Assembly (NCBI RefSeq): GCF_006345805.1
Contig: NC_042997.1
Span: 61,690,001-61,754,000, forward strand
DNA from: Octopus sinensis
Taxonomy: Eukaryota
Length of the DNA stretch: 64,000 nt
Reading direction: 5' to 3'
Both the position numbers and the translations under genes were made by a program. The notes beneath the pieces were generated by a model. That model made no database searches. It was not told where the DNA came from and saw only the letters and a program-made list of their open reading frames with translations. Position 1 is the first letter of the stretch. Each line of letters begins with the position of its first letter. Below are positions 36,126 to 49,821 of the stretch, piece by piece.

Positions 36126-39100
36126 CGATAGTCTTATTTTTATCACGTGCTTTCTCTGCACTACTGAGCGCAGCTCTGTGTACCTTGGGTATGTGCTGTG
36201 GTTTGTTGTGATGCTATGATGGTTACTGTATTGAAAGTGTTTTACGTAGGATGTGTGCGGTGCCTAGTAGTGCTATTTTCTGTATGTTATATATATACTT
36301 ATAAATCCTTGTGTTTTTGTTATGTATTTTTCTGAATTTTTTTCTTATCATATCTAATGCGCCTACTATGATAGGTTTTGTTTCTGTTTTTAAACTCCAC
36401 ATTCAAGTTACCTCTATTTCCAGATCTTTGTATATTGAAAGTTTCTCCGTTTCTTTTAGAGAAACATTGTCATCCGTTGGTACTGATACATCGATTAGGA
36501 AGCATTTTTTCTTGATGATCTCTGACAACTATATCCGGCCTGTTGGCCTTAATTTGTCTGTGTGTATTGGCATACCCCAGAGTATGAATGCTTCTTCATT
36601 TTCTGTGACTTTTTCTGGCTTGTGACTATACCATTTTTTTCTCTTGTTATTCCGTAGTGTATATAGGTCCCAACTCTGTCATATCTGTGAATATATTCCT
36701 TCTTGTTCAGGACTGGGCAGTCAGAGACAATATGATTGATTGTTTCTTCTCCATCTTCACATTTTCTGCAGTTACTTGTATTTCTTTTCATTACATGTTT
36801 TTGGTAATTTCTGGTGGGAAGGTTTTGATCTTCTGCTGCAATTAAAAATCCTTCAGTCCCTGATTTGAGTCCTGAGCTTCTCAGCAATTGTTGGAATCTT
36901 TGTTTGTCTATTTCTTTTCTGTCTAATTTAACCCTGTATTTGCCATGAAGAGGTTTTTCTTGCCATCATTTTATCATGATCCGTTGCTGTTCCACTTATA
37001 GTTTGGATTTCATGTGTTTTACAGGTTTTGTTTCTTTTTTTCATTCATAGTTGACAGGTGCTATGACTTCTTTTTGTATTTCTCAGCTTCCTTAAAGACT
37101 GAAAACAATATTTTGTTTTGCTCGTATTTTGTGGCTATTTGTATTAGTTTTTCTTGCTTCTGTAGTCCTACGGTGGTTATTTTGTAATAGTCTTCTAGCT
37201 GTATAAGGCCTCCACTATCTTCCATACGTTGTATATACAATTTTTCTATGACAGATTTTAGATGGTGCATCCTAAATCCTATCATTAATTTTCTTGTTTT
37301 TTCTGTCAATTTTGATTATAGTTCATTTAGAGTCCAGTTATGAATATTGTAGCTGTAACTTACAACTAGGACGGCTAGGGTGTTAATACCTGTTATCTTG
37401 TTTTTCGTATTGAGCTCTGTTTTCAGTATCAATCTGACATGTCTATAGTATTCTTTTCTTATCTTCTCTTTCATTTGTGTGTGTTGTATCGTATCTAGTT
37501 CATTGATTCCTAAGTATTTGTATGTCTGGCTTTGTTCTAATTTTCATATTTTATTTGCTTTATCTAGTGTGATGCTGCTACTCTTAACTAGATTTCCTCT
37601 TTTCAAGGTTGCTTTGGCACTTGTTCTAAGCCAAATTTCATGTCTGTACTAATATTTCCAGCTGTTTATCATTTGTAGCGTGCTGTATAAAAAGAGGCTG
37701 ATTTTTTTATGCCCTAACAGTTGTATCTACATCCAGTTCTGTTTAGCATGTCAGATAAAGGTATCACTTCCAAGCAAAGAAGGAGCGGAAGGAGCGTGTC
37801 TCCATGTAGTATTCCTCTTCTAATGGGGATGACTTTGTTTTTTATAAGTCTCTCTTTTGTCTGGAGCTGTAGCACTGTTTGCCATTTATTCATGGAATGT
37901 TTTATATATTTTATGATTATTGATGCTACCTTGTTCATGGCTAGTGTTTCGAGGATCCATGTGTTGGGAAGACTATCAAAAGCCTTTCGGTAATCGATCC
38001 AGGCCTTACTTAGACCCTTCTTTCTACATCTATCTACAGTTATGGCTTTATTGATCAGTAGTTCATCTTTACAACTGTATGAGCCCTTGTAGCATCCCTT
38101 CTGCTCTTCTGGAAACAGGTTGTTTTCTTCCAAATGTTGGTTCATTCTCTGCGATATTATTGCAGTAAAGGCTTTGTAAATTATAGGGAAACAAGTTATC
38201 GGTCTGTAATTTTGTGGGTTTGCCGTTTCAGTGGATCTGGAAATGAGGATAGTTTTTCCCTTCCGTGAGTCATTCAGGCATTGTCTCTGTCTCTGCTAGT
38301 ATTTCATTAAATTTCTCAGTCACCTTTCTATGTGTTCCTGTTAGATATTTTAACCAGAATTTGGGGATCTTGTCATGCCAGGTGCCTTCCAGTTGCTTAG
38401 GTTTTGCAGTGCCTGAGTGACATCTTCAGTTGTTATAGGGGTCCATAGTTGTTCAGGTGCTGTGTTCGTTGTTTTGATAGATCTTTTCTCAGGTTGTCTC
38501 TTCGCTGACTACATTTCTTTCCAAAATTCTTCCACTTCTGCCGTTGATCTGCATCGAACACTATTTTACTTTTGCCAAGTTCTTGGTAGAATCTTTTGGG
38601 GTTGGAGTTGAACTGTTTGTTTTGTTCAAAGAAACGTTGGCGTTTCTCATACCGGCGGATTTTTTGTGCTTTGACGTGGATATCTTGCTTTAGCTGTCCC
38701 TTTACTTCAGGTATACCTTGTTCTGTAATTTTGTATTTATGTAGCATCTTTCTTCACTTCTTGTCGCTTAGTAGCGTTGATTGTCTATTAGTTTCATTAA
38801 GGATTGACAGATTCTTTCTGTTATTTTTTTTCTGGATATTATTTATCCACAAGGTCTGTTTGGATGGGTTTTAGTGGGTATCCAGCTTCTTTTGTGGCCA
38901 CAGAGGCTGCTGCATGTATTATATCATTTAGCCTGGTGATACTGACATTTGTTTCTGTGGTTATTAATTCTGTGACGGCCAAGTTCATGCCATTTATTAT
39001 TGATATTGTTTTAGTATCAATTTTAATTTTTGGGACGTACAATCGGTGGTCATTACTGATATCTGTGGCTTTCAGTTCTTTGATTATGCTCATTTTTAGA

Positions 39101-39420
39101 ATATCATAATCATTAGGTTCACCTTCACTGATTCCAGGTTTTAGATTTGTTTCGTATTCCCACACTTCATATTTTTGTCTGTGGTGTTCTGGTTTGGTGC
39201 ATTTTGTTCATCATTATACATTCCTACGGTGTAGGTTTGTTGTCTTTCGTTGTTTTCGTATTTTACAGTCCCAATGTTTATGATATTATTTGGCATTGCT
39301 GTGTGGTTACTATCTACGTTTTACTAATGTAATTTTCCTTTTAAGTGTTCTATTTCTGATATTTATTTTTGTTTTTGTTTTGTTTTGAGAATATATTTCC
39401 GTATGTTAGCTAGTGTATTA
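36126..39420 (-). mobile_element. R4/Dong-type LINE, near full length, decayed
   Basis: KAQKIRRYEKR..QNKQF, EEQKGC..CKDELLINK..WIDYRKAFDS..RRGILHGDTLLPLL, CRKC..ETINHIVSDC..HRYDRV, REL region. The 3' end lies in (TAA)n. Confidence 0.92.
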
Positions 39421-39467
39421 GCTAGTTATTATTATTATCATTATTATTGTTGTTGTTGTTGTTGTTA

Positions 39468-40815
39468 TATGAAAACACACAGTCTATTTTGCTGGGTATG
39501 ATAGAAGGTGTCAGTTGTCCACAACCAGTAGACTAAGGTGACACTTGTTTACAGGTCATGCTTCAAGAAACCTGCGAAGAATTCTTGCAGTTCCAAGCAA
39601 TACTGATTTTTGTAGGTGTTCTACCCTCACACTTGCACCGATCTTTTTCAGTCATATTGGTAGTTGAGTGCTGATACTTTCAAGTGCGCCAATTACTATT
39701 GATATCACGTCTACTCTCTCCGTTGACCACAAATCTTCGTATTTCCCACTTTAAATCGTCATTGTTTATTTTTTTCTTCTTTCACATTGAACCTGTTGTC
39801 ACCGGTGTATGCTATGTCTATTATCATACATGACTGCACTGGATTTGCAATTCTCGTTTTCGGTGACTTCTAGAGTTTTCTCATGCAACGTCTTTGTTCT
39901 TTGTAGACCGTGATTTCCACAGAACTCCCTATAGATCGTTCTTGCCACATTATCATGGCGTCTTTTGTATCTGCGTGGTGCGAATTTCGGGAATTCACTA
40001 ATGATGTGCCACACCGTTTCACCGCTCTCACCACACATTCTGCATTTGTCGCTATCAGTAGTGTTGTCTATTCTACACTTCATATAATTAGTCCTTAACG
40101 CTTGTTCTTGAGCAGCGCATATAAGTGCTTCTGTCTCTATCTTCAGGTCACTCCTCCTCATCCATAGCCATCGGTCCTCTGTGTCTATTTTGGCGTTCAC
40201 ATCTCTTGCAAACTGACCATACACTTTCTTTTCCTTCCATGCTTTTTCTTTTTGTTTTTGTTAATTTCTTGTTTGAATTTTTCTTTAGTTACACAATTTT
40301 CAGTTTTGATGACGTCAACAGTGGTCCACGGGATTTTTCATATACCACCCTAAGTTGTTTTCCTTCGCTTCGATACAGTCCTGGCAACTTATCAAACCTC
40401 TTCCACCCTTTCTTCTGGAAAAGTACAGCTTATCGGTAGGGTGGAAAGTTCCGTGTACTGTTTATATTTTTCTGGTCTTGGTATCCATTTTCTTCATTTC
40501 TCTCTTTTACCGTTTTATAATTCCTGCTCCATATCGAAGTGATGCTATCACCCACATATTAAGTGCTTGGATGTTATTCCATCCAGTCAATTTTGAGCGC
40601 AACACTAACCTCAGTCTTAGGAAACATTCCATCCTCAGTTGCTCTTTCATTTCCTTTTCCATTGCCTCGTTGAACTCTAGTACATCAAACTATCTGTATC
40701 GTTCCGTTTCAATTTTCTTAATCAAGTCTCTTTTCGGTAATTCTATCCCTGCTAGGAACTGTACCATGCCTCTTTTTAGGTAGATTATTCTGCACTTCTT
40801 GAGTCCAGATTCCAT
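39468..40815 (-). mobile_element. Second R4-type LINE family, 5'-truncated
   Basis: MYGQFAR..ETEALICAAQEQALRTN..CRMCGESGETVWHIISE..YKRRHDNVAR; VIGAL..VRVEHLQKSVLLGTARILRR. Flanked by trinucleotide tracts. Confidence 0.88.
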
Positions 40816-41035
<220 letters not shown>

Positions 41036-42449
41036 CAGTAGTTTTATTTTTATAGCGTGCTTTCACTTTACTACCGAGCGCAGCTCTGTGTGCCTTGGGT
41101 ATGTGCTGTGATTTGTTGTGATGCTCTGATGGTTACTGTATTGAAAGTGTTCTGCGTAGGATGTGGGCAGTGCCTAGTAGTGCAATTGTCTGTATGTTAT
41201 ATGTGTTTGTAAGTCCTGGTGTTTTTGTTATGCATTTGAATATTTTTTTATCTTGCCTAATGCCCCTACTATGATATGAATTGTTTCTGTTTTTAGATTC
41301 CACATTCTAGTTACCTCTATTTCCAGGTCTTTGTATTTTGAAAGTTTCTCCATTTCTTTTAGAGACACGTTGTCATCTGCTGGTATTGATACATCAATTA
41401 GAAAGCATTTTTTCCCTTCATGATCTCTGACAACTATATCTGGTCTGTTGGCCTTAATTTCTCTATCTGTGTGTATTGGCATATCCCAGAGTATGGTTGC
41501 TTTCTCGTTTTCTGTGACCTTTTCTGGTGTGTGCCTATACCATCTTTTTTCTGTTGTTATTCCATAATGTTGGCATAGCTTCCAGTGTATGTAGGTCCCA
41601 ACTCAGTCGTGTCTGTGAATATATTCCTTCTTAGCCAGGACTGGGCAGCCAGAGATAATATGATTTATTGTTTCTTGTCCATATTCTGCAGTTACTTGTT
41701 ATATTTCTTTTCATTACATGTTTTTGGCAATTTCTGGTGGGGAAGGCTTTGGTCTTGTGCTGCAATTAAAAATCCCCCTGTCTCTGCTTTGAGTCCTGAA
41801 CTTCTCAACCACTGCTGGAAATTTTTCTTTGTCTATTTCTTTTGCATTTAGTTTCGTCCAGTACTTGTCTTGAAGGGACTTTTCTTGCCATCGTTTTATC
41901 ATGGTCCGTTGCTGTTCTAGTTTTAGTTTTGATTTCATTTGCTTTATAGCTTTTGTTGCGTTTTCTTCTTCTTCTTCTTCTTCTTCTTCTTCTTCATATT
42001 TGTTAGGTGGTATGATTTCTTGTTTGTATTTGTCAGCTTTCTTAAATACTGAGAACAATTTTTTGTTTTGCTCGTGTTTTGCCGCTATTTGTATCAGTTT
42101 TCCTTGCTTCTGAAGCAGGTATTTTTGCAGTCCTATGGTGGTTATTTTATAATAGTTTTCCAGCTTTATAAGGCCTCTACCACCTTCTATACGTTGTATA
42201 TATAGCCTTTATATGTCAGATTTTGGGTGATGCATCCTAGATCCTGTCATTATTTTTCTTGTTTTCCTATCTATTTTGGTTAGTTCATTTAGCGTCCAGT
42301 TAAGGATATTGTAGCTGTAGCTTATAACTGGGACGGCTAAAGTGTTAATACCTATTATCTTGTTTTTAGCATTGAGCTCTGTTTTTTAGTATTGATCTAA
42401 CTCGTCTATAGTATTCTTTCTTTATTTTCTCTTCTCTTTATTTGCGTGT
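41036..42449 (-). mobile_element. R4/Dong-type LINE (same family as 36126), 5'-truncated
   Basis: HTDREIKANRPDIVVRD..LIDVSIPADDNVSLKEMEKLSKYKDLEIE..IVGALG; same 3' UTR as 36126. Confidence 0.92.
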
Positions 42450-43749
42450 GAAGCAAAGGCTCTCTCAGATGAGGGATACGTGGTGGAATAAGAAGGCTGA
42501 TGAGATACAGGCGGCATCAGATTCCAATAACACAAAGCTGTTGTATGGTCTCTTGCGAGAAGTTTATGGACCGACGTCTTCCCTGATGACACCACTTCGA
42601 AGCAGGGATGGTAAAGAACTTCGTTATTCACAAGGAATTCTGCGGAGGTGGAAAGAACACTTAGATGAACTTTTGAATCAGCAGTCTGTAGTTAGTGAGG
42701 ATGTTCTCAATCTCATCCCTGGATTACCTGTGAAGGCAGAACTCGCAGAATCACCAAAGCTGGAAGAAGTTGCGATGGCTGTCTCAAGGCTGAATAATGG
42801 GAAGTCTCCGGGTATGGATGGCATACATGCGGAGTTGTTACAGCATGGTGGTGAGAAACTTCTGCAGAAACTTCACTCTTTGTTTGGTAAGATATGGACT
42901 AGTGAATCTGTACCTGGGGACTGGAGAGATACAGTAGTGGTGGTCCTGTATAAGGGAAAGGGCAACATGAATGATTGTGGTAATTATAGGGGAGTATCGT
43001 TGCTGTCTGTCGTAGGAAAGGTTTTATGCGGGGTACTTCTGGATCGTCTACTGAAATACGTTGCAGATTGTGTTCTTCCAGAAAGTCAATCTGGCTTTCG
43101 TGTGGGACGTGGCACTGCTGATATGATCTTTTCAGCTAGACAGCTTCAGGAAAAGTGTGTGGAACAGGGTCTGGATTTGTATAAGATTTTTGTCGATCTG
43201 ACAAAAGCCTTTGATACCGTCAATAGAAAAGCATTGTGGAAAGTCCTCCAGAAACTTAGGTGTCCTGAAAAGTTCCTTGCTTTGGTTAGGTCTTTTCATG
43301 AAGACATGAATGGTAGGGTGAATGTTAGACGGAAAATGTCGGAGCCCATTTCAATACAAAATGGAGTGAAACGGGGATATTCTGGCACCGACCCTATTTT
43401 CCATATATTTTGCGATGTGTTGTGTATTGCATTCAGAAACTGCAGGTACGGTGTTTACAGTGTTTACATCCATTATCGAACCTCTGGCAGCATATTTAAT
43501 ATCAGGCGCTTTGCTGCAAAAACAAAGGTATTTACCTCTATCATAAGAGACCTTTTGTATGCAGATGATTGTGAGCTAGTAGCACACACAGGGATTGATA
43601 TGCAACGCATTTTGAATGCATTCTCTGGCGCTTGCACTGCCTTAGGATTGACAGTCAATCTCAAGAAAACTGTTGTCATGCATCAACCTGTCCTGGTAAG
43701 CAGTATAGTGTACCAAATATCTATGTGTATGATAAACGACTTGATGTAG
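42442..43749 (+). pseudogene. RTE reverse transcriptase segment (435-aa frame; frameshifts after)
   Basis: ORF track with RT domains; the frame is lost near 43680. Confidence 0.85.
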
Positions 43750-45069
43750 TTGATCAGTTTGTCTACCTGGGAAGCACTATTAATAGATATAGCAATTTGG
43801 ATGATGAAATTCCATATAGAATTAGGAAAGCAAGTGTTGCTTTCGGAAGGCTAGAAAAGCGCCTCTGGAGTCGGCGAGACATATGCAGAAAGACAAAGAT
43901 AAAGGCGTACAAGGCATGTGTGCTCTCTTCTCTTCTCTATGCCTGCGAGACGTGGGTCACATATCGATGCCACCTTAAACAACTGGAACGTTTCCATCGG
44001 GTATTCAGTCCGATTATTTCTATGTCTCTGCGCATGATACAGTCTTAAGACATTTATTGGATGGCCGTTGACTCTCAAGAGTTCCTCCGCCCTTTGACGG
44101 GTTTCGTTTTTCATCCCGCAGGGTGTTCAATAAACACCTTCCTCACCAAGTAAGCTTGGTGGGGTTGCCAGTTTAGTCACCGACGACCCGACCATGCAAC
44201 AGGTTGTACTGGGTTACATGTTACCAGTAGCACTCGAAAGTGACCTGACATACATACATACATACATACATTCCATCAGATGTGTCTCAGACGGATCTAT
44301 GGCATTAAGTGGAAGGACCGCATCAGTGATCTTGAAATATTGGAAGGCTCTCGGTGTGAAAGTATAGAAGCTCTTGTGTTAAAGCAAAGGCTCCGATGGA
44401 GTGGTCATCTGGTCAAGATGAAAGATTCAAGGATGCCAAAACAACTCTTTTATGGAGAGTTAGCTAAAGGAGAACGACCTCCACATAAACCAAAAAAGAG
44501 GTATAAGGACTTGCTGAAGGCTTCCTTAAGAGATGCTTGCATCTCTCCCGACACATGGGAAGGCATAGCTATTGATCGTAGCAGGTGGAGAAGGATTGTG
44601 CACGAGGGGACAGCCACTTTTGAGAAATCTCGAGTTGCACATGAGAAAGTAAGGAGGGATGTCAGGAAGGGCATCGCTGTTACACTTCCAGATGGGAAGG
44701 GTCTTCATATGATGCTGACATGCAGTGTCTGTGCAAGACCCTGCCTCAGTAAAGCTGGACTCAAGAGTCATCTTCGTAGTCATAAAGCGAGACAGATGAG
44801 TGACAACCTGGCCACTGGTGGTGGTGTAACACACCATACTAATCATATCTGAGAGAGTGTAATTCGGCAGGAGGACTTAAACGACATGCAAAGGTACATG
44901 TAGCCCAATTGCAACTACAGCCAGCTATTACCGGTAAAGGTTTTAGTTGCCTATTCTGTACAAGACATTGTAGATCTTTAGCTGGGCTAAAAAGTCACAT
45001 TCGATCACAGCACCAGTAACAGTTAAGCTTCGTGCAATGGCCATACTCGATAACGAGGGGGCAGCCATA
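42445..45069 (+). mobile_element. RTE-clade LINE, 5'-truncated, with C-terminal C2H2 fingers and (ATGT)n tail
   Basis: GKSPGMDGI..YKGKG..DCGNYRGVSLLS..QSGFR..FVDLTKAFDTV..YADD; RLRWSGHLVKM..RMPKQLFYGEL; tail ggccatactcgataacgagggggcagcc. Confidence 0.93.
43999..44270 (+). mobile_element. 272-bp retroposon insertion with (ACAT)n tail and 7-bp TSD TTCCATC
   Basis: TSD at 43992-43998 and 44271-44277. Removing the insert restores RTE ERFHQMCLRRI. Confidence 0.85.
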
Positions 45070-45176
45070 ATGTATGTATGTATGTATGTATGTATGTATG
45101 TATGTATGTATGTATGTATGTATGTATGTATGTATGTATGTGTGTATGTATGTATGTATGTATGTATACACACACA

Positions 45177-45395
45177 CAGTAATCCCTCGATTATCGCAGG
45201 TGTCACATTCCAAAATCTCCCGCGATGCGTGAAAATCCGCGAAGTAGAAACAGCACTGTACAGTATATTTTTAATAATTTGTATATATTTTATTACAAAT
45301 GCAAAATAAAACCACGGTGGAATCGACGTAAGCTTAAATAATAAACCGCTATTGGTGAACCACGATAGGTGAAACGATATGGTGAGGGATTACTG
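45177..45395. mobile_element. Tigger/pogo-type MITE
   Basis: cagtaatccctcg ... gagggattactg followed by TA. Confidence 0.8.
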
Positions 45396-45854
45396 TATGT
45401 ATATGTATAAATATATATATATTTCTTTATATATATATGTATATGTATATATATATAGAGAGAGAGAGGGAGGAGAGTAGTGGTACATGCATACATACAT
45501 ACATACATACATACATACATACATACATACATACATACATACATACATACATACATAGTCTTAGTCATTGATTAGATTTCATTTAAAATTTATCATCTTT
45601 ACCTGATTGATATAATCTCCCCTTTTACGCATTGCATTGCAAATGGAAGTAGCTGCGTGTAAATATATATGCCGTTACAGTTGTTTCAGCTTTATCAGGA
45701 ACACTATAATGGGTCCTCAGATAAATACTTTTGTTTCTTTTTTTCCATTAGCTTTAAACTTTATACTTTATCAAAATTTTTTACAAGTCACTTAACAGTA
45801 TATTCTCCTACATTGTTCATGACTTCTTACCAGCTTTCCGCTAACTTCTGAATG

Positions 45855-46500
45855 CTTGTCAGTTGAAAACACCGGGTCTTGAGTCAAAGAATTCATTGTG
45901 TCACGTTTTCAGTTCCACGTTGTTGTTCAACAGAATGCTTCGCAGACTGTTGGCGAGCGACAATACAACGAGTGCGATAAAACTTTCCAGCCGAGCTCTT
46001 GAAAAGCATTTTCAGCTAAATTAGTGGTGCGTGGGTAGGTGTTGTCGTGTTGAAGAAGCACACCGTGTTGCCGTTTGGGTCGTTTAGACCTTATGTATCA
46101 AGTAAAGGTGGCGGGTGACAGGATCATAAAAGCATCCCATTGAAACAGTGCCGATTCTCGTGAATGAGCTAGTTCAATCGATCCTCATTGAACTGAAACG
46201 CGGAGAGCTGTGTGATCAAATTTCTCCTCCTTGAAGTGTCTAAACCATTTTTGTGCAGTTCCTTTAGTAACAGCACCTTCTTACACAGCACAAATGTCTC
46301 GAGAAATTGTGGCCTGTTTGAGACCTTAACTGAAAGCGAAGAGAAGCAGGCGTGGAAAAATGTTCCTTTTTTTCTACTTGGCACTCCATCGGCATATGTC
46401 TGAAGAGAAATAGACTTTATTCAATTTTTTTTTAAATGTGCAAAAGTTGTAGAGAAAAAATAGGGTTACAAAAACCCAGTAAAACTTTACGATAACCATA
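45855..46500 (-). mobile_element. Internally deleted mariner remnant
   Basis: Minus strand: RDICAV*EGAVTKGTAQKWFRHFK, then HGVLLQHDN..ELGWKVLSH. Confidence 0.75.
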
Positions 46501-47431
46501 TTTTTCGTGTTAAATCTTCGTAATAACATTTGAAAGAAACAAACAAATTTATTTCAGAACCCAATAATTTTACTTCTAAAACGATATACACAAATTGTAC
46601 TATTTTTGCTTCACATATTACATTCTTTGTTTAAATTTTCTATTTTCATTGGTGCTTACACCTTAAACATATTTAGTACGTAATTTTAGTTCAGTCTTCA
46701 AAATATTATTTTCTATTTGACTATTTGATAAAAAACGGGTATATATGTATTAACTATTTGTCTATCATTTTCTTAATCATATACGTACATTTTGCGTTAA
46801 AAATACCCTTGTCATAAGTCAAATTATTTCTGTTATAAAATGCTTAGGCTTTATTAGCTACTTCAGATAAACTTTGTGGATTATTTTCTGTGCCATGGGT
46901 ACATGTATGGTCATAAATATTGTCAAGATATTAGGAAAAGTAAATTGGGTATAAAGTAACAGTCTATAAAGAAGGCCGGGATGTTAATTACCAGTTAATG
47001 ATTGCATTTTTCAATTAAATGGAGCCGCTTGAAACGGTTGTGCTGCAGCACTTCTTGATATCCTGTTGCTTATTTTGATTTTATATACATATATATATAT
47101 ATATTTGCATATATATCTATGGTGTATTTTTACACACATAAATATACACACATACTTATGTATGCACGTCTGTGTGTGTATATGTATGTGTATGCATGCA
47201 TATACATATATATATATATATATATATATGCATGCGTGCACACGCACATATAACTGCACACATCTGTGTTGTAACAGACGAAGTGCTAGTTTATATATAT
47301 ATATTATATATATATATATATATATATTTATACCCAAACATATACAAACGGTTACAACGACGAAGAGGGTTCCGGTGGATCAGATCAGTGGAACAGCCTG
47401 CTCGTGAAATTAACGCGTAAGTTATACACAC

Positions 47432-47490
<59 letters not shown>

Positions 47491-47633
47491 AATGTGTGTG
47501 TGTGTAGTATATATCATAATTTGTTGGTGGTTTCCCGCACAAAGTACAATGTAGTCATTACTTTGCGAAGAGTAAGAATATTAATTATAATATAGTAGTT
47601 AATGACGTTTTCAGTTTCGTAACATTTAAATTT

Positions 47634-47721
<88 letters not shown>

Positions 47722-47821
47722 CATGTGTGAGTGCCTATAATACAAATAAACACACAAACACACACAAAGTCACACGCAAGCTCACACATATGCTGACACA
47801 TCATTTATATATATATATATA

Positions 47822-47899
47822 AACTTTTATTTATCTTTGGTTGTTTCTCTTTTTTGTGAACAAAAAAAAAAGAGAAACAACCAAAGATAAATAAAAGTT
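47822..47899. repeat. 34-bp perfect inverted repeat (hairpin)
   Basis: aacttttatttatctttggttgtttctctttttt / aaaaaagagaaacaaccaaagataaataaaagtt. Confidence 0.9.
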
Positions 47900-48584
47900 G
47901 CCAGTCCCGCAATATCAATCCAAGCAGTTCATCTATAAAGCTTGAATCCTTTTCACCCTCCCACCATCGTCACATTAACGTTTTTTCTTCTTTTCAATTC
48001 ATTCTTTGCAAATTATTTTTTTCCTTTTTCTTTCTGTTTTCTTTAATGTTACTTTAATTTGTGGTCTCCCTTTTAAATCTCCTGATGCACAAGAATAGAT
48101 CGTATTTCTTTTCACAACTCTGCTTAAAGTTTGAAATGGTAGGGACACTGATGGTAATGGAAAATGGGAACACGAGGGGGCAACTGCGGCTTAGGAGGAA
48201 GATTAACTTGTGGGTAAGTTATGCATGGCTAATATTAGTGTGTATGAGGTATGAAACACATAAACGGCTGGCGATATCAGATGAAACAAAATGCTTGGCA
48301 CTTGACACTTTCAAACCTGAGTTGTGAAAACATTGAGATTTTTTATCTTTCCAGCCGGCTGTATCCCTTCCTCTTCAATATCTACTTCTTTATCTTCCGT
48401 TTTCATTTAAATCGGTTTTTTGTTTGGGGGGGGGGGTTCATTTTTCTTTCTTTCTTTTTTTTTTTGCCTATTTTCATTTTTTTCTAGATCTGCTGATTTC
48501 TGTAATTGAACTGCGATCATGCTGAAGCTTAACCTTTAAAAACCTGGAAGCTACTTATTTTAATTTCACTTGAAGATGGACAGC

Positions 48585-48632
48585 TACCAATATATGTATA
48601 TATATATGTATATATATATATATATGTGTGTG

Positions 48633-48675
<43 letters not shown>

Positions 48676-48778
48676 TGTGTTGTGTGTGTGTGCATGTATA
48701 TATGTATGTATATATGTATATATATGTATATATGTATAGATATATATATATATGTATGTATATATATATATATATATA

Positions 48779-48830
<52 letters not shown>

Positions 48831-48839
48831 GTATATATG

Positions 48840-48881
<42 letters not shown>

Positions 48882-48895
48882 TATATATGCATATA

Positions 48896-48967
<72 letters not shown>

Positions 48968-48980
48968 ATATATATATATG

Positions 48981-49030
<50 letters not shown>

Positions 49031-49045
49031 ACACATATATATGCG

Positions 49046-49110
<65 letters not shown>
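48585..49110. repeat. ~500-bp compound (TA)n/(TG)n tract
   Basis: Direct reading. Confidence 0.95.
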
Positions 49111-49111
<1 letters not shown>

Positions 49112-49152
49112 ATAAAATATATAGACATAGAAATATTTAGACATATATAAAT

Positions 49153-49578
49153 GTCTAGTGCTTGTAGCGAAAGAGGTAGTATGGTAGACCCGTTGAAAGG
49201 GCTAAACACAGACACTTTCCTCTTTGGCCAAGCCCTCATCAACATTTTCAAGTTTCACATGAAAAGGAAATTGAGGGTGGAGAGGGGAGTGTTGCTGTGT
49301 AGCAAGTTTGTTGAAAGGTGGGTGGATATTGGAAGAATGGCCAGTGTGAAAGGACCAATTCTGAGCGTGAACCTGTTAAAAGTGAATCAAAGGAGAAAGA
49401 CTCTTGTCCTGTTGTTCAGGTATTTGTGACTTTTCTGGGGTTTTCCACGGGAACCTTGAGGTGCCTCCCTTATTGGGAGTTTTAGCGAAAACCCATTGTA
49501 TCTTCCTGTTTTTGTCTTTTATGTTGTATGTCAATTAATGTTTTGTATGTGAGCCTTTGTGGCTAATAAAAAAAAAAA
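49153..49578 (+). mobile_element. Tx1/L1-clade 3' fragment with poly(A)
   Basis: Homologous to 54505-54928; [18 protein letters not shown]; aataaa plus poly(A). Confidence 0.88.
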
Positions 49579-49821
49579 TTATTATTATTGTTATCGGCGA
49601 GTTAAGACATGTTTTCAGAGCTTCATCAGGTTGGATTTTGTGATTTTTTCAAGTTTATTGAAAATAAACTTGAAAACTTTTGTTTGTCTGTTTTTATTTT
49701 CCGAACCCCTTTTGGTGTGGAGAAGACGTTCTTTTGTTGAAAATTTCCTCCCTTCAGGGGCAAATTTTGGACTTTTTGTCCATCTACAATATTTTTTGCT
49801 TTTCGTTTGACGAAAAACAAG

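Noticed and set aside
48130-48213. 84-nt symmetric exon candidate (FEMVGTLMVMENGNTRGQLRLRRKINLW) with a GTAAGT donor
   Set aside because: Isolated, with an unrecognised peptide and no partner exons; cannot be supported without transcript data.
49596-49635. Antisense ctgatga..gaaa motif or HDV-like ribozyme at the Tx1 5' end
   Set aside because: Stem I does not pair, the stem II loop is too short, and no HDV P1 partner was found.
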